Below are positions 40,598 through 51,535 of a stretch of 64,000 nt of DNA, in pieces. Made by a program: the position numbers and the translations under genes. Numbering within the stretch: position 1 is the stretch's first letter; the number at the start of each line of letters is the position of its first letter. The notes beneath the pieces were generated by a model. It saw only the letters and a program-made list of their open reading frames with translations, had not been told where the DNA came from and made no database searches. Origin of the DNA: an uncultured bacterium (GTDB taxonomy: Bacteria > Fidelibacterota > Marinisomatia > Marinisomatales > JAHJCW01); the NCBI GenBank assembly GCA_965369995.1, contig CBDURO010000006.1, positions 3,728 through 67,727 of the forward strand, in the 5' to 3' direction.

Positions 40598-40945
40598 ATG
40601 GAAGCTAAAGCAATATCTAGGTATATAAAACAATCACCGCGTAAAATACGTAAAACACTTGATAGTATTAGGGGTAAAAAAGTTGGTGTAGCTTTAAATA
40701 TGTTGCATTTTTCACCTGAAAAAGCAGCTGTTGTGATTGAAAAAACAATACATTCAGCTGTGGCTAATTTGATGTCCAATGAAGATAAATCAAATATTAA
40801 TCCTGAAGAATTATCGATTAAGGAAGCATATGTAGATGGTGGACCACAAGCAAAACGATTTCGCGCAGCATCTATGGGAAGAGCTTCATTAATTAGAAAA
40901 CCTACTGCACATTTAACAGTGGTAATAACAGACGAGAAGAATTAG
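40598..40945 (+). CDS. rplV: 50S ribosomal protein L22
   Basis: 115 aa; QSPRKIRKTLDSIRGKKV is typical of L22. Confidence 0.97.
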   Translation: MEAKAISRYIKQSPRKIRKTLDSIRGKKVGVALNMLHFSPEKAAVVIEKTIHSAVANLMSNEDKSNINPEELSIKEAYVDGGPQAKRFRAASMGRASLIRKPTAHLTVVITDEKN

Positions 40946-40953
40946 GAGGAATT

Positions 40954-41583
40954 TTGGGGCAAAAGACACATCCGGTAGGATTTAGATTAATCGTCAACAA
41001 AGCATGGCGCTCAAACTGGTTTTCTGGAAAAGGTGAATATGCTATTGATTTAGCAGAAGATGTTCAAATAAGGAAATATCTAAAGCACCGTTTGCCAAAT
41101 GCCGGTGTTGCGAAGATTGAAATCGCTCGTACTTCAAAAGTAGTGACTGTTGCAATAAATACTGCTCGTCCTGGAATTGTGATTGGTAGAGGTGGAGAAG
41201 AAGTTGGTCGTTTGAAAAATGAACTTTCCCAATTATCTCGTAAAGAAGTCCAAATTAATATTAAGGAAGTTAAACGTCCAGAACTGAATGCAGCTTTAGT
41301 AGGATCAAATATTGCACATCAACTTATAAAGAAAATGTCTTATAGACGTGTTGTTAATAAGACAATACAATCAACTATGCGTATGGGTGCAGAAGGAATT
41401 AGAGTAAATGTTGCCGGTAGATTGGGTGGTGCAGAAATAGCTAGAAGTGAAAAATTTATGGCAGGGAAAGTACCACTACATACATTACGTGCTGATATAG
41501 ATTATGCACTTATAGAAGCCAATACAGCTTATGGTGTAATTGGAATAAAAATATGGATTTATAACGGAGAAATTCGCGGTTAA
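40954..41583 (+). CDS. rpsC: 30S ribosomal protein S3
   Basis: 209 aa, TTG start; [11 protein letters not shown] and the KH-domain block [13 protein letters not shown]. Confidence 0.97.
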   Translation: MGQKTHPVGFRLIVNKAWRSNWFSGKGEYAIDLAEDVQIRKYLKHRLPNAGVAKIEIARTSKVVTVAINTARPGIVIGRGGEEVGRLKNELSQLSRKEVQINIKEVKRPELNAALVGSNIAHQLIKKMSYRRVVNKTIQSTMRMGAEGIRVNVAGRLGGAEIARSEKFMAGKVPLHTLRADIDYALIEANTAYGVIGIKIWIYNGEIRG

Positions 41584-41588
41584 ATATC

Positions 41589-42002
41589 ATGTTAGAACCA
41601 AAAAAAATTAAATATAGAAGACATCATAGAGGAAATCGCAGGGGAATGGCGATGCGTGGGAATTATGTTGCATTTGGAACATACGGTTTAAAAGCTATGG
41701 AACCAGGTTGGATTTCAGCGCGTCAAATTGAATCTTCACGTATTACTATTGCTAGGATTACTCGAAAAATCGGAAGGATGTGGATTAGAGTGTTTCCAGA
41801 CAAACCGATAACCCAAAAACCTGCAGAAACTAGAATGGGCAAAGGTAAAGGAGCTCCAGAATATTGGGTAGCAAATGTAAAACCTGGTAAAATATTATTT
41901 GAAGTGGAAGGTGTTTCATTTGAAGATGCTGAAAAAGCTTTCACGAATGCAGGTCATAAATTACCAATTAAAACAAAATTAGTTACACGCAGAGAAATTT
42001 AG
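41589..42002 (+). CDS. rplP: 50S ribosomal protein L16
   Basis: 137 aa; [16 protein letters not shown] is canonical L16. Confidence 0.98.
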   Translation: MLEPKKIKYRRHHRGNRRGMAMRGNYVAFGTYGLKAMEPGWISARQIESSRITIARITRKIGRMWIRVFPDKPITQKPAETRMGKGKGAPEYWVANVKPGKILFEVEGVSFEDAEKAFTNAGHKLPIKTKLVTRREI

Positions 42003-42007
42003 ATAAA

Positions 42008-42226
42008 ATGAAAATTAGCGAACTAAACGAAATACAGAAAACTGAATTAGAAACTAAACTTGAGGATAATTTAGATGCTCTGCAAAATTTACGTTTTCAA
42101 AAAGCATTACAGCAATTAGCAGATCCTCAACAGATTCGTTTTTTACGTAGAGAAATAGCTCAAATAAAAACAGTTTTACGTGAATATGAACTCGGAATTA
42201 GAAAAGATTTAGTAGAGGGTAAATAG
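42008..42226 (+). CDS. rpmC: 50S ribosomal protein L29
   Basis: 72 aa; the helical LRFQKALQQL pattern and operon position between rplP and rpsQ. Confidence 0.93.
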   Translation: MKISELNEIQKTELETKLEDNLDALQNLRFQKALQQLADPQQIRFLRREIAQIKTVLREYELGIRKDLVEGK

Positions 42227-42228
42227 TA

Positions 42229-42495
42229 ATGACGGAAAAAAGAAAAAGACAATCACTCACAGGGGAAGTTGTTAGTACAAAAATGGATAAAACTGTAGTA
42301 GTGAGGGTAACGAGAAAAGTTAAACATCCGTTATATAAAAAATATATAAAAATATTTAAAAAATATTTTGCACACATTGGTACTGTCGAGCCTAAAATGG
42401 GTGATATTGTAAGAATTTCATCTGTTCGACCAATAAGTAAGAAGAAGCGTTGGCAAGTTAGTGAAATAATTCGCGAAGCAAAAATAATTGGATAA
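42229..42495 (+). CDS. rpsQ: 30S ribosomal protein S17
   Basis: 88 aa; GEVVSTKMDKTVVVRVTRKVKHPLYKKY is canonical S17. Confidence 0.97.
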   Translation: MTEKRKRQSLTGEVVSTKMDKTVVVRVTRKVKHPLYKKYIKIFKKYFAHIGTVEPKMGDIVRISSVRPISKKKRWQVSEIIREAKIIG

Positions 42496-42501
42496 TTTGA
42501 A

Positions 42502-42870
42502 GTGATTCAGCAAGAAAGTAGATTAAAAGTAGCAGATAATACAGGAGCAAAGGAAGTCCTCTGTATTAAAGTATTGGGTGGTACAGGTCGAAGGTACGCC
42601 TCAATTGGCGATGTTATTGTTGTTACGGTAAAAAGTGCTATTCCAAATGGTATGGTTAAGAAGAGTGATGTTACTCGTGCAGTAGTTGTTAGAACTAGAA
42701 AAGAGATTCGCCGTAAAGATGGTTCATATATTCGTTTTGATGACAACGCAGCAGTGCTTTTAACAGATCAGGGTGAACCGAGAGGAACACGTATTTTTGG
42801 ACCGGTAGCTCGTGAATTAAGAGAAAGCGGATATATGAAAATTATTTCGATGGCACCGGAGGTTCTATGA
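42502..42870 (+). CDS. rplN: 50S ribosomal protein L14
   Basis: 122 aa, GTG start; [18 protein letters not shown] is canonical L14. Confidence 0.98.
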   Translation: MIQQESRLKVADNTGAKEVLCIKVLGGTGRRYASIGDVIVVTVKSAIPNGMVKKSDVTRAVVVRTRKEIRRKDGSYIRFDDNAAVLLTDQGEPRGTRIFGPVARELRESGYMKIISMAPEVL

Positions 42871-43178
42871 GAAATATAAGAAAAGGAATGCAAGTCAAAA
42901 TAATTAGCGGTAACAATAAAGGTGAATCAGGCAAAGTATTAGCAGTTTATCCAAATACTAATCGTATAATTGTACAAGGTGTTAATTTTATTAAAAAAGC
43001 AACTCGCCCTACGCAGCAAAATCCTAGTGGTGGTTTTAGTGAAAAAGAAGCATCAATTCACATTTCTAATGTTATGGCTGTTCAAGGTGGAAAAACATCA
43101 CGAATTGGATATAAAAAATTAGAGACAGGTAAAAAAGTAAGAATTACTAAGACAACTGGTCAGGAAATAGAGATTTAA
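42867..43178 (+). CDS. rplX: 50S ribosomal protein L24
   Basis: 103 aa; KOW motif [19 protein letters not shown]; 4-nt overlap with rplN. Confidence 0.96.
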   Translation: MRNIRKGMQVKIISGNNKGESGKVLAVYPNTNRIIVQGVNFIKKATRPTQQNPSGGFSEKEASIHISNVMAVQGGKTSRIGYKKLETGKKVRITKTTGQEIEI

Positions 43179-43180
43179 TT

Positions 43181-43987
43181 ATGGTAGATGAAAAAACAGT
43201 TAAAGAAAAAACTGTTACAAAAGAACAGATAAAAAAGGTTTCTGCAAAGAAATCGGTTACAAAAAAAGTTGATATTAAAACTACTGCAAAAACAACAGCT
43301 AAAGACATTTCAGTAGAAAAAAATGCAAAAACTGATTCAAAAGTTCAAGATAAAAAAATCGAAACAGCAAAAAAGACTGCTACAAAGCAAGAGTCTAAAT
43401 CGGAAAAGTATCAACCAAGTTATCGTCAATTTTATGATTCTAAAATTATTCCGAGTCTGATGAAAAAATTTAATTATTCAAGCGTGATGGAGGTTCCTAA
43501 ATTAAAGAAAATTACATTAAATATGGGAATCGGCGATGCCAAGCTTAATCCTAAAGCATTAGAAAGTGCGGTAAAGGAACTAACAGTCATAGCTGGTCAA
43601 AAAGCAGTTATTACCCTAGCTAAAAAAGATGTATCGAATTTTAAAATTAGACGCGGTTTTCCAGTGGGTTGTACTGTAAATATTCGTGGTAAAAGAATGT
43701 ATGAATTTTTTGAAAGATTAAACTCAATCGCTTTGCCACGTACGCGTGATTTTACAGGTTTGTCGTTTAAATCATTTGATAAGCGTGGTAATTATAATTT
43801 TGGCGTCAAGGAACAAATCGTATTCACGGAAATTGATTATGACAAAATTAATGCAATTAGAGGATTAGATATCGCAATTACAACAAGCGCAAAAACTGAC
43901 GAAGAAGCGTATGCATTGTTGAAAGAATTCGGATTCCCGCTTAGGGAAAAACTGGTTAAGAAGAATGAATCGGCGGAGGCGGCATAA
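43181..43987 (+). CDS. rplE: 50S ribosomal protein L5 with ~77-aa Lys/Thr-rich N-terminal extension
   Basis: 268 aa. The L5 core starts near residue 80 ([38 protein letters not shown]). The preceding 77 residues are K/T/E/V/S-rich quasi-repeats. The frame is open from 2 nt after the rplX stop, and there is no Met between residue 1 and the conserved core. Confidence 0.9.
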   Translation: MVDEKTVKEKTVTKEQIKKVSAKKSVTKKVDIKTTAKTTAKDISVEKNAKTDSKVQDKKIETAKKTATKQESKSEKYQPSYRQFYDSKIIPSLMKKFNYSSVMEVPKLKKITLNMGIGDAKLNPKALESAVKELTVIAGQKAVITLAKKDVSNFKIRRGFPVGCTVNIRGKRMYEFFERLNSIALPRTRDFTGLSFKSFDKRGNYNFGVKEQIVFTEIDYDKINAIRGLDIAITTSAKTDEEAYALLKEFGFPLREKLVKKNESAEAA

Positions 43988-44172
43988 TGGCAAAGAAATC
44001 ATTAGTAGTTAAAGCAAAAAGAAAGGCAAAATTTTCTTCGCGCAGTTATAGTCGATGTTCAAATTGTGGTCGTCCGCACGGATATATGAGAAAATTTGGT
44101 TTATGCCGTATCTGTTTTAGAGAGATGGCATTAAGAGGAGAAATACCTGGTGTTACAAAAGCCAGTTGGTAA
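43987..44172 (+). CDS. rpsN: 30S ribosomal protein S14 type Z (zinc-binding short form)
   Basis: 61 aa; the [23 protein letters not shown] zinc ribbon. Confidence 0.97.
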   Translation: MAKKSLVVKAKRKAKFSSRSYSRCSNCGRPHGYMRKFGLCRICFREMALRGEIPGVTKASW

Positions 44173-44188
44173 AAGGAGATTATGTTAA

Positions 44189-44587
44189 ATGTCAATGACT
44201 GACCCAATCGCTGATTTATTGACTAGAATTAGAAACGCATTAGCGGCTGAAAAGCGCTGGACAGACGTACCATCTTCACAGATGAAGAAGAGGATAATTT
44301 ATATCCTAAAGGAAGAAAGTTACATTGAGGATTTTATCTTTATAAAAGATGTAAAAAAAGAAACTATACGAATATTCCTAAAATATGACTATCAAGGAAA
44401 ACCTGTAATTGATGGAATAGTTCGAGTTAGTAAGCCCGGATGTAGAATTTATGTCAATTCCAATCAAATTCCACGTGTATTAGATGGTTTGGGTATTGCG
44501 ATTTTATCGACATCAAGAGGTGTTATTTCAAACAAAACTGCCAAAAATTTAAATGTTGGTGGCGAACATATTTGTAATGTATGGTAA
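44189..44587 (+). CDS. rpsH: 30S ribosomal protein S8
   Basis: 132 aa; TDPIADLLTRIRNA is canonical S8. Confidence 0.98.
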   Translation: MSMTDPIADLLTRIRNALAAEKRWTDVPSSQMKKRIIYILKEESYIEDFIFIKDVKKETIRIFLKYDYQGKPVIDGIVRVSKPGCRIYVNSNQIPRVLDGLGIAILSTSRGVISNKTAKNLNVGGEHICNVW

Positions 44588-44593
44588 TTAATT

Positions 44594-45136
44594 ATGTCAC
44601 GAATTGGTAAAAATCCGATAAATATTCCAGAAGGCGTAACCCTCGAAATAGCTAAAAAGGTTGTGCGAATAAATAGTTCTAAAGGTAATATGAAAGTTAA
44701 CTTATATCCGGAGATTAAAGTATCGCAAAAAGATAATCAAATAATTGTTGAAAGATCATCGGATCGCCGTCAAGTACGGGCGATGCATGGTACTATGCGA
44801 CAATTAATCGCCTCGGCGGTTATGGGTTTATCTGATGGATTTACAAAAGAATTAGAATTAATTGGAGTTGGATATCAAGCGATTATGCAAGGTTCTCGCT
44901 TAGTATTAAAACTTGGATATTCACATGATATTATATTTGAACCACCGGAAGATATTGCCATTACTGCAAATAAAAATAACATAACAGTAGCAGGGTACGA
45001 CAAACAATTAGTTGGTGCAGTCTCAGCTAAAATAAGATCTTTCAGAAAACCTGAACCATATAAAGGTAAAGGTATTCGTTACAAAGGTGAACATGTACGT
45101 AGAAAACAGGGAAAAACCGTAGGTGGTGTTGGATAG
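44594..45136 (+). CDS. rplF: 50S ribosomal protein L6
   Basis: 180 aa; [15 protein letters not shown] and [14 protein letters not shown] are canonical L6. Confidence 0.98.
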   Translation: MSRIGKNPINIPEGVTLEIAKKVVRINSSKGNMKVNLYPEIKVSQKDNQIIVERSSDRRQVRAMHGTMRQLIASAVMGLSDGFTKELELIGVGYQAIMQGSRLVLKLGYSHDIIFEPPEDIAITANKNNITVAGYDKQLVGAVSAKIRSFRKPEPYKGKGIRYKGEHVRRKQGKTVGGVG

Positions 45137-45141
45137 AAATA

Positions 45142-45513
45142 ATGAGTAAATTAAGAAAAATAGCAGCTCGTTTTGAGAGGCGTAGAAATCGAAGTAAAAC
45201 ATTGTATAAAACAGCGAATGATCGTCTTCGTTTGTGTGTTTATCGTAGCAATAAAAATATTGAAGCACAAATTATTGATGATATAAAAGGTATTACAATC
45301 GTATCTGCTTCAACAGTTGACAAAGAATTAAAAGCTAAGATTAAAATAGCTGAAACCAAGACAGAACAAGGCAAACTTGTTGGTAAAATATTAGCAGAAC
45401 GTGCATTAAATAAAAAAATTAAAAAAGTAGTATTTGATAGAAATGGTTTTAGCTATCAAGGTAGAGTTAAAGCATTAGCAGAAGCTGCTCGTGAAGGCGG
45501 GCTTTCATTTTAA
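45142..45513 (+). CDS. rplR: 50S ribosomal protein L18
   Basis: 123 aa; [17 protein letters not shown] and [26 protein letters not shown] are canonical L18. Confidence 0.97.
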   Translation: MSKLRKIAARFERRRNRSKTLYKTANDRLRLCVYRSNKNIEAQIIDDIKGITIVSASTVDKELKAKIKIAETKTEQGKLVGKILAERALNKKIKKVVFDRNGFSYQGRVKALAEAAREGGLSF

Positions 45514-45528
45514 TATTGGAGAATTATT

Positions 45529-46032
45529 TTGGCAATTATTAATCCATCAGAATTAGACCTTAAAGAAGAAACAGTTGTAAAGATCAAGCGAATAGCCAAA
45601 GTTACTTCGCGCGGAAAACGTTTTCGTTTTTCTGCGGTAGTAGTTGTAGGTGATGGCAAAGGTTATGTTGGTGTTGGTCGTGGTAAAGCAAATGAGGTGC
45701 TTGCATCAATTACAAAAGCGAAGGAGAATGCTAAACAAAATATCTTTAAAGCACCTATAATAAATGGTACTATACCTCATAAAATTGTTAAAAAATATGG
45801 AGCAAGTAGGGTTATGCTGAAGCCTGCTTCTCCTGGTACAGGAATTATCGCAGGTGGTGCGGTTAGAGCAGTTATGGAACAAGTCGGTGTTTCAAATATA
45901 TTATCAAAGGTTTTAGGATCTAACAACTCATTGAATATAGTAAATGCAACGGTTGCCGCACTTAGAGATATGCAAGATGCAGTTAAAGTTGCCAATAAAC
46001 GCGGAATCACAATAAATCAGGTTTTTAATTAA
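45529..46032 (+). CDS. rpsE: 30S ribosomal protein S5
   Basis: 167 aa, TTG start; [24 protein letters not shown] is canonical S5. Confidence 0.97.
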   Translation: MAIINPSELDLKEETVVKIKRIAKVTSRGKRFRFSAVVVVGDGKGYVGVGRGKANEVLASITKAKENAKQNIFKAPIINGTIPHKIVKKYGASRVMLKPASPGTGIIAGGAVRAVMEQVGVSNILSKVLGSNNSLNIVNATVAALRDMQDAVKVANKRGITINQVFN

Positions 46033-46034
46033 TC

Positions 46035-46232
46035 ATGGTAAAAGCAGGGAAAAAAAATATAATAAGAATTACGCAGATTCGTAGTCGAATTGGCTATAAA
46101 CAAAAAGCCAAAAAGACTTTGGATGCTTTAGGATTGCGCAAGATTAACCAAACAGTTGAGAAAGTTGATACTCCTGCTATCAGAGGTATGATAAAAAAAA
46201 TTGATTATTTACTTAAAGTTGAGGAAGTCTAA
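46035..46232 (+). CDS. rpmD: 50S ribosomal protein L30
   Basis: 65 aa; [25 protein letters not shown] is typical of L30. Confidence 0.95.
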   Translation: MVKAGKKNIIRITQIRSRIGYKQKAKKTLDALGLRKINQTVEKVDTPAIRGMIKKIDYLLKVEEV

Positions 46233-46672
46233 TGAAATTGGATGAGTTGAAACCGGCAAAAGGTTCCACGAAGAATACGAAAAGATTGGGAAGAGGTCCT
46301 GGCACCGGATGGGGTAGAACTTCCGGCAGAGGCAATAAGGGGGCCGGTCAAAGGAGTGGTAATAAAAAACGTGCCTGGTTTGAAGGTGGACAAATGCCAT
46401 TGCTTAGGCGACTACCTAAAAGAGGTTTCTCAAATTATAGATTTAGAAAAGAATATCAAATAGTTAATCTCTCAACATTAGAATTATTGGACGCTAAAAA
46501 AATAGATGCAAATTCTTTAGCTAAAAGAGGTATTATAAAATCAGCATTTGAGTCTCTAAAAATATTAGGAAATGGGGAGTTGACAAAAGCAGTTGAAATA
46601 ACGGCTAATGCTTTTAGTAAAACTGCTGTTGAAAAAATCGAAAAAGCCGGAGGTAAAGCAATACAGCAGTGA
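46232..46672 (+). CDS. rplO: 50S ribosomal protein L15
   Basis: 146 aa; the Gly/Arg-rich RLGRGPGTGWGRTSGRGNKG is typical of L15. Confidence 0.97.
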   Translation: MKLDELKPAKGSTKNTKRLGRGPGTGWGRTSGRGNKGAGQRSGNKKRAWFEGGQMPLLRRLPKRGFSNYRFRKEYQIVNLSTLELLDAKKIDANSLAKRGIIKSAFESLKILGNGELTKAVEITANAFSKTAVEKIEKAGGKAIQQ

Positions 46673-48006
46673 TAGATCGAATTAAAAATATATTTTTAAT
46701 ACCTGAATTACGTACTAGAATTCTCTTTACTTTGGGAATATTGGTTGTAGTACGTACGGGTGTGCATATTCCAATTCCCGGTGTGAATGGAGATGCTCTT
46801 GGCGCAGCTATGCAGAACATTCAAAATACCTTATTCGGTTTATTTGATCTATTTGCAGGAGGTGCGTTTCAAAAAGCGTCATTATTTGCTTTAGGTATTA
46901 TGCCATACATTTCTGCTTCAATTATATTACAATTGATGGGATCTGTAGTACCTTATTTCCAAAGACTTCAAAAAGAAGGCGAAGAAGGCAGAAAAAAATT
47001 AACGCAGTTAACTCGGTACGCTACTGTTTTTATTGCAGTTCTACAAGCATTTAGTGTAGCACTCTTTTTAGAGAATATGACAGCAAATCTCGGAGGAAAT
47101 GTTGTTGCTGTTGTACCATTCCCAGGAATACTTTTTAAGTTTACTACAATGGTCAGCGTTGTTACCGGTGTAATGTTATTGATGTGGTTTGGTGAGCGTA
47201 TCACTGAAAGAGGAATTGGTAATGGCATATCAATCATAATTATGATAGGTATTTTATCACGCTTACCAACTGTTATTTTAACTGAAATTACATTAATTCG
47301 AGAAGGCCTGCGAGGATTGCTCGGTGAAGTGATATTATTAGGATTAATGTTTGTTATAGTTGCATTTGTTGTGCTCCTGACGCAGGGTACAAGAAAAATA
47401 CCAGTCCAATATGCTAAACGGGTTGTTGGTCGAAAGGTTTATGGCGGACAAAGTACACATTTACCATTAAGAGTAAATACTGCAGGGGTTATGCCAATTA
47501 TTTTCGCTCAGGCGATTATGTTCATACCGAGTACGATTGCAACATTTTTCTCAAATAGTGAATTTATGCAAGCTGTAATGCGTTGGTTTTCATTGGATCA
47601 CCCATTTTATTGGTTAATATTTGGTGCAATGATCGTATTCTTTACTTATTTTTACACGGCTATGGCATTTGATCCTGTACAGGTTTCAACAACCATTAAA
47701 CAACAAGGTGGTTTTATTCCGGGAGTAAGACCCGGGAAAAAAACAGCGGAATATATAGATAATATTTTAACTCGCGTTACATTACCAGGGTCATTCTTTT
47801 TAGCATTTGTTGCAATATTCCCTTATATATTAATGAAAGGTATGGATCTTAGGTATGATTTGGCGTCCTTTTTTGGTGGTACAAGTCTACTAATTATAGT
47901 AGGTGTGGCGCTTGATACTTTACAGCAAATAGAGTCGCATCTTATGATGCGTCATTATGATGGATTCTTATCAAAAGGTAAAATCCGCGGTCGGAGGCGA
48001 ATGTAA
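46669..48006 (+). CDS. secY: Preprotein translocase subunit SecY
   Basis: 445 aa, GTG start, multi-TM. IPELRTRILFTLGILVVVRTGVHIPIPGV and GIMPYISASIILQL are canonical SecY. Confidence 0.97.
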   Translation: MIDRIKNIFLIPELRTRILFTLGILVVVRTGVHIPIPGVNGDALGAAMQNIQNTLFGLFDLFAGGAFQKASLFALGIMPYISASIILQLMGSVVPYFQRLQKEGEEGRKKLTQLTRYATVFIAVLQAFSVALFLENMTANLGGNVVAVVPFPGILFKFTTMVSVVTGVMLLMWFGERITERGIGNGISIIIMIGILSRLPTVILTEITLIREGLRGLLGEVILLGLMFVIVAFVVLLTQGTRKIPVQYAKRVVGRKVYGGQSTHLPLRVNTAGVMPIIFAQAIMFIPSTIATFFSNSEFMQAVMRWFSLDHPFYWLIFGAMIVFFTYFYTAMAFDPVQVSTTIKQQGGFIPGVRPGKKTAEYIDNILTRVTLPGSFFLAFVAIFPYILMKGMDLRYDLASFFGGTSLLIIVGVALDTLQQIESHLMMRHYDGFLSKGKIRGRRRM

Positions 48007-48755
48007 TGGTAAAAATTCGTACAGAACGAGAGATAAATTTAATTGCTGAAAGTAACAAAATCGTTGCTGAAACGCTTGACATGCTCAGTGGAAAAATAAA
48101 ACCGGGTGTTAAAACAAGTGATTTAGATAAATTAGCAGAAGAATTTATAATATCTCGAGGAGCACGTCCTGCGTTTAAGGGATATATGGGATTCCCTTCA
48201 ACTTTATGTATTTCCATCGATGATGAAGTTGTGCATGGTATCCCTAATAGCAAGGTTTTAAAGGAAGGTCAGATAGTTAGTATTGATTGTGGCGTCGAAA
48301 AAAATGGTTATTATGGTGATTCAGCACGAACGTTTGCCGTTGGTAAAATCGATTCCAAAAAACTGGATTTAATGAGGGTAACTAAGGAATCATTAATGCG
48401 TGGAATTGATGCTGCAAAAGAAGGCAATTACGTTTCTGATATTGGTTATGCAGTACAAACTTATGTGGAATCACATGGATACTCGGTAGTACGTGATTTA
48501 GTCGGACATGGAATTGGTACAGAGTTACATGAAGAACCTCAAGTTCCAAATTATGGAAAACCTAAACAAGGGCATCGGTTACGAACCGGAATGTGTATAG
48601 CAATAGAACCTATGATAAATGCCGGTACAAAAGATATATACACCGATAGCGATGGTTGGACTGTAAAAACTAAAGACGGTAGTGCAAGTGCTCATTTCGA
48701 GCATACAATTACAATTACAGAAAATGGTGCAAAAATACTAAGTATAAGTAATTGA
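48006..48755 (+). CDS. map: Type I methionine aminopeptidase
   Basis: 249 aa; [33 protein letters not shown] and EHT are the metal-ligand blocks. Confidence 0.97.
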   Translation: MVKIRTEREINLIAESNKIVAETLDMLSGKIKPGVKTSDLDKLAEEFIISRGARPAFKGYMGFPSTLCISIDDEVVHGIPNSKVLKEGQIVSIDCGVEKNGYYGDSARTFAVGKIDSKKLDLMRVTKESLMRGIDAAKEGNYVSDIGYAVQTYVESHGYSVVRDLVGHGIGTELHEEPQVPNYGKPKQGHRLRTGMCIAIEPMINAGTKDIYTDSDGWTVKTKDGSASAHFEHTITITENGAKILSISN

Positions 48756-48756
48756 A

Positions 48757-48984
48757 ATGACAAAAGAACAACCAATAACAGTAGACGGAATTATTAAAGA
48801 AACACTTCCCGGAGCTATGTTTAGAGTAGAAATTACAATCGGTGAAAATAAGCATGAGGTTTTAGCCCATGTAAGTGGAAAGATGCGTATGCATTTTATT
48901 AAAATATTACCCGGTGATGTTGTAACACTTGAGATGTCACCATATGATTTAAATAGGGGTCGTATAGTATATCGACAAAAATAG
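48757..48984 (+). CDS. infA: Translation initiation factor IF-1
   Basis: 75 aa; the S1-like fold sequence MFRVEI...[36 protein letters not shown]. Confidence 0.98.
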   Translation: MTKEQPITVDGIIKETLPGAMFRVEITIGENKHEVLAHVSGKMRMHFIKILPGDVVTLEMSPYDLNRGRIVYRQK

Positions 48985-48991
48985 GTAATTT

Positions 48992-49105
48992 ATGAAAGTT
49001 CGTCCATCAGTAAAGAAAATGTGTGCAAAATGCAAGATCATAAAACGAAAAGGCGTGATCTTGGTGATTTGCGAAAATCCAAAACATAAACAAAGGCAAG
49101 GGTAG
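48992..49105 (+). CDS. rpmJ: 50S ribosomal protein L36
   Basis: Hand translation (37 aa, below the track cutoff): [37 protein letters not shown]. This is canonical zinc-binding L36, between infA and rpsM. Confidence 0.95.
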   Translation: MKVRPSVKKMCAKCKIIKRKGVILVICENPKHKQRQG

Positions 49106-49114
49106 GAGAAAATA

Positions 49115-49498
49115 GTGGCACGTATTGCAGGGATAGATATTCCACGAGAGAAAAAGGTACCATTTTCATTAAGATATATTTTTGGTATAGGATTGTCACA
49201 AGCACAAAATATTTGTGAAAAGGCTGGAATTGATCAAGATATTAGGGTTAAAAACCTTACTGAAGAGCAGGAAATTGGTATTCGTAATGCCATTGTGGAA
49301 TTAGGTATTAAAATAGAAGGTGAGTTACGTTCTGAAGTCGCGATGAATATCAAAAGATTAAAGGATATTGGTAGTTATAGAGGATTGCGACATCGTAAAA
49401 GTATGCCAGTACGTGGGCAAAGGACAAAAACAAATGCCCGTACTCGCAAAGGAAGAAAACGTACAGTTGGATTAGGAAGAAAAGCACTTGTAAAATAA
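49115..49498 (+). CDS. rpsM: 30S ribosomal protein S13
   Basis: 127 aa, GTG start; [15 protein letters not shown] and [26 protein letters not shown] are canonical S13. Confidence 0.98.
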   Translation: MARIAGIDIPREKKVPFSLRYIFGIGLSQAQNICEKAGIDQDIRVKNLTEEQEIGIRNAIVELGIKIEGELRSEVAMNIKRLKDIGSYRGLRHRKSMPVRGQRTKTNARTRKGRKRTVGLGRKALVK

Positions 49499-49508
49499 GG
49501 ATTATTAA

Positions 49509-49901
49509 TTGGCTGCAAAAATTGAAAAGAAACACAAAAAGAAGAAACGTACTGTTGAGCCGTTAGGTGTTGCTCATATAAAAGCGACATTTAACAATAC
49601 TCACATAACATTAAGTGATCAGTATGGAAATGTTGTTGCTTGGTCTACAGCAGGAACTTCCGGTTTTAAGGGGTCACGGAAGAGTACAGCATATGCTGCT
49701 ACATTAGCTGCGCAAAAAGCTGCAAAAGAAGCAATGGCAATGGGTTTGACAACAGTGGAGGTAAAAGTAAAAGGACCGGGATCAGGCCGTGAATCAGCTA
49801 TTCGTGCATTGGCAGTAGAAGGTCTACAGATTACTTCTATTAAAGATGTAACTCCGTTACCTCATAATGGTTGTCGTCCACCCAAACGGAGACGGGTGTA
49901 A
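49509..49901 (+). CDS. rpsK: 30S ribosomal protein S11
   Basis: 130 aa, TTG start; [18 protein letters not shown] and [16 protein letters not shown] are canonical S11. Confidence 0.98.
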   Translation: MAAKIEKKHKKKKRTVEPLGVAHIKATFNNTHITLSDQYGNVVAWSTAGTSGFKGSRKSTAYAATLAAQKAAKEAMAMGLTTVEVKVKGPGSGRESAIRALAVEGLQITSIKDVTPLPHNGCRPPKRRRV

Positions 49902-49912
49902 GGAATAATAAT

Positions 49913-50530
49913 ATGGCAAAATTTACAGACTCAAAAGGAAAATTAGTCAGAAGATTTGGGGAAAATGTATTTGGAAATCCTAAATTTGACAAACTGCTTA
50001 ATCGTAAAGCATATAAACCGGGACAACATGGGCAAACGCGACGTCGAAGACTTTCGAATTATGGATTACAACTGCAGGAAAAACAGAAGATTAAGTATAT
50101 GTATGGTCTGCTTGAAAAGCAGTTTAGAGCTAATTTTAAAAAAGCTGATAAAATGAAAGGCGAAACAGGAACTCTAATGTTGCAATTATTAGAACGTCGT
50201 CTTGATAATGTTGTGTATAGATTAGGTTTAGCTCCTACAAGACCTGCAGCTAGACAGCTGGTAAATCATGGACATTTACTAGTAAATGGAAAAGCAGTAA
50301 ACATACCATCTTTTTCTGTCAAACCTGGTGACGTAATAAATGTTCGAGATAAAAGTAAAAAGATGGATATAATTCTAAACTCGATGAAACGTATCAAAGG
50401 CGATTTGGAACTTGCTTGGTTGCAACTTGATAAAGCAAAAATGCAAGGAACATTTGTTGAAATTCCCGATCGTGATCAAATGAATTTAACTTTTGATGAG
50501 CGCTTAGTTGTTGAGTTATACTCTAAATAA
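49913..50530 (+). CDS. rpsD: 30S ribosomal protein S4
   Basis: I take the start at MAKFTDSKGKLVRRFG (ATG 49913). The track start at 49871 overlaps rpsK and adds a non-conserved leader. The S4 domain is RLDNVVYRLGLAPTRPAARQLVNHGH. Confidence 0.96.
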   Translation: MAKFTDSKGKLVRRFGENVFGNPKFDKLLNRKAYKPGQHGQTRRRRLSNYGLQLQEKQKIKYMYGLLEKQFRANFKKADKMKGETGTLMLQLLERRLDNVVYRLGLAPTRPAARQLVNHGHLLVNGKAVNIPSFSVKPGDVINVRDKSKKMDIILNSMKRIKGDLELAWLQLDKAKMQGTFVEIPDRDQMNLTFDERLVVELYSK

Positions 50531-50553
50531 TAATAAAACAGGATAGTTGTTTA

Positions 50554-51525
50554 ATGGCACAAGAATTAGATTTGAAACTTATCGTTAATACCGATGAAAT
50601 AACAGACACTTTTGGAAAGTTTAGCATTAAGCCCCTCGAAAGAGGATATGGTGTTACACTTGGAAATTCTTTAAGAAGAGTTCTATTAACTAGCATTCCG
50701 GGGGCTGCAATAACAAATGTTCGTATAGATGGAGTCTTACACGAATTCTCTACAATAGATAATGTTCGTGAGGATGTTGCAGATATATTAATGAATCTGA
50801 AAGCTATTAGATTTAAGTTAGAAGATAATAACCCTGACAAAATAAATCTTAAGTTTAAAGGTAAACATACATTTACTGCCAAAGATATTCAGGATGCTAG
50901 TGACCAGTTTGAAGTTTTAAATCCTGATCATTATATTACGGAAATTAATGAAAATGGTGAGATGGATATTGAACTGAGGATTGGAATTGGAAAAGGATAT
51001 ATTACAAGCGAGGAGAATATATTAGTAAATGCACCCGTAGATTATTTGTCGTTGGATAGTGTATTTAATCCTGTGACAAAAGTTACTTTCTCAGTTACTC
51101 CGTTGCCGGGTGAAAAAGAATCTTTAGAGGTATTAAATATAAATGTTACTACTGATGGGTCCATTTCTCCTAAAGATGCAATAAGTTATTCTGCATCTGT
51201 AATAATAGAAAATTTAAAATATATTCAAGCGATCAGTCAGCCGGAAGTATTAGAGATTACAGAACAGGTAGATGAAGAAACTGTAACGATTAGAAAACTT
51301 CTTGCTTCAACGATCGATGAGATGGAATTATCAGTTCGTAGTTATAATTGCTTGCAAGCTGCCGGTATCAAGAATATTGTTGATTTAGTGCAAAAAGAAG
51401 AAAATGAAATGCTCAAGTATAAGAATTTTGGACGTAAATCATTGACTGAGTTAGTTGAAAAACTAGACGAAATGGGTTTGCATTTTGGGATGGATATAAA
51501 TAAGTATACTCAAGAAGAAGCATAA
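50554..51525 (+). CDS. rpoA: DNA-directed RNA polymerase subunit alpha
   Basis: 323 aa; FSIKPLERGYGVTLGNSLRRVLL and the C-terminal domain ELSVRSYNCLQAAGIKNIVDL. Confidence 0.98.
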   Translation: MAQELDLKLIVNTDEITDTFGKFSIKPLERGYGVTLGNSLRRVLLTSIPGAAITNVRIDGVLHEFSTIDNVREDVADILMNLKAIRFKLEDNNPDKINLKFKGKHTFTAKDIQDASDQFEVLNPDHYITEINENGEMDIELRIGIGKGYITSEENILVNAPVDYLSLDSVFNPVTKVTFSVTPLPGEKESLEVLNINVTTDGSISPKDAISYSASVIIENLKYIQAISQPEVLEITEQVDEETVTIRKLLASTIDEMELSVRSYNCLQAAGIKNIVDLVQKEENEMLKYKNFGRKSLTELVEKLDEMGLHFGMDINKYTQEEA

Positions 51526-51535
51526 TTAACAAATA

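Noticed and set aside
49871-49912. N-terminal extension [14 protein letters not shown] on rpsD
   Set aside because: It overlaps the 3' end of rpsK, and the conserved S4 N-terminus begins at the internal ATG (49913).
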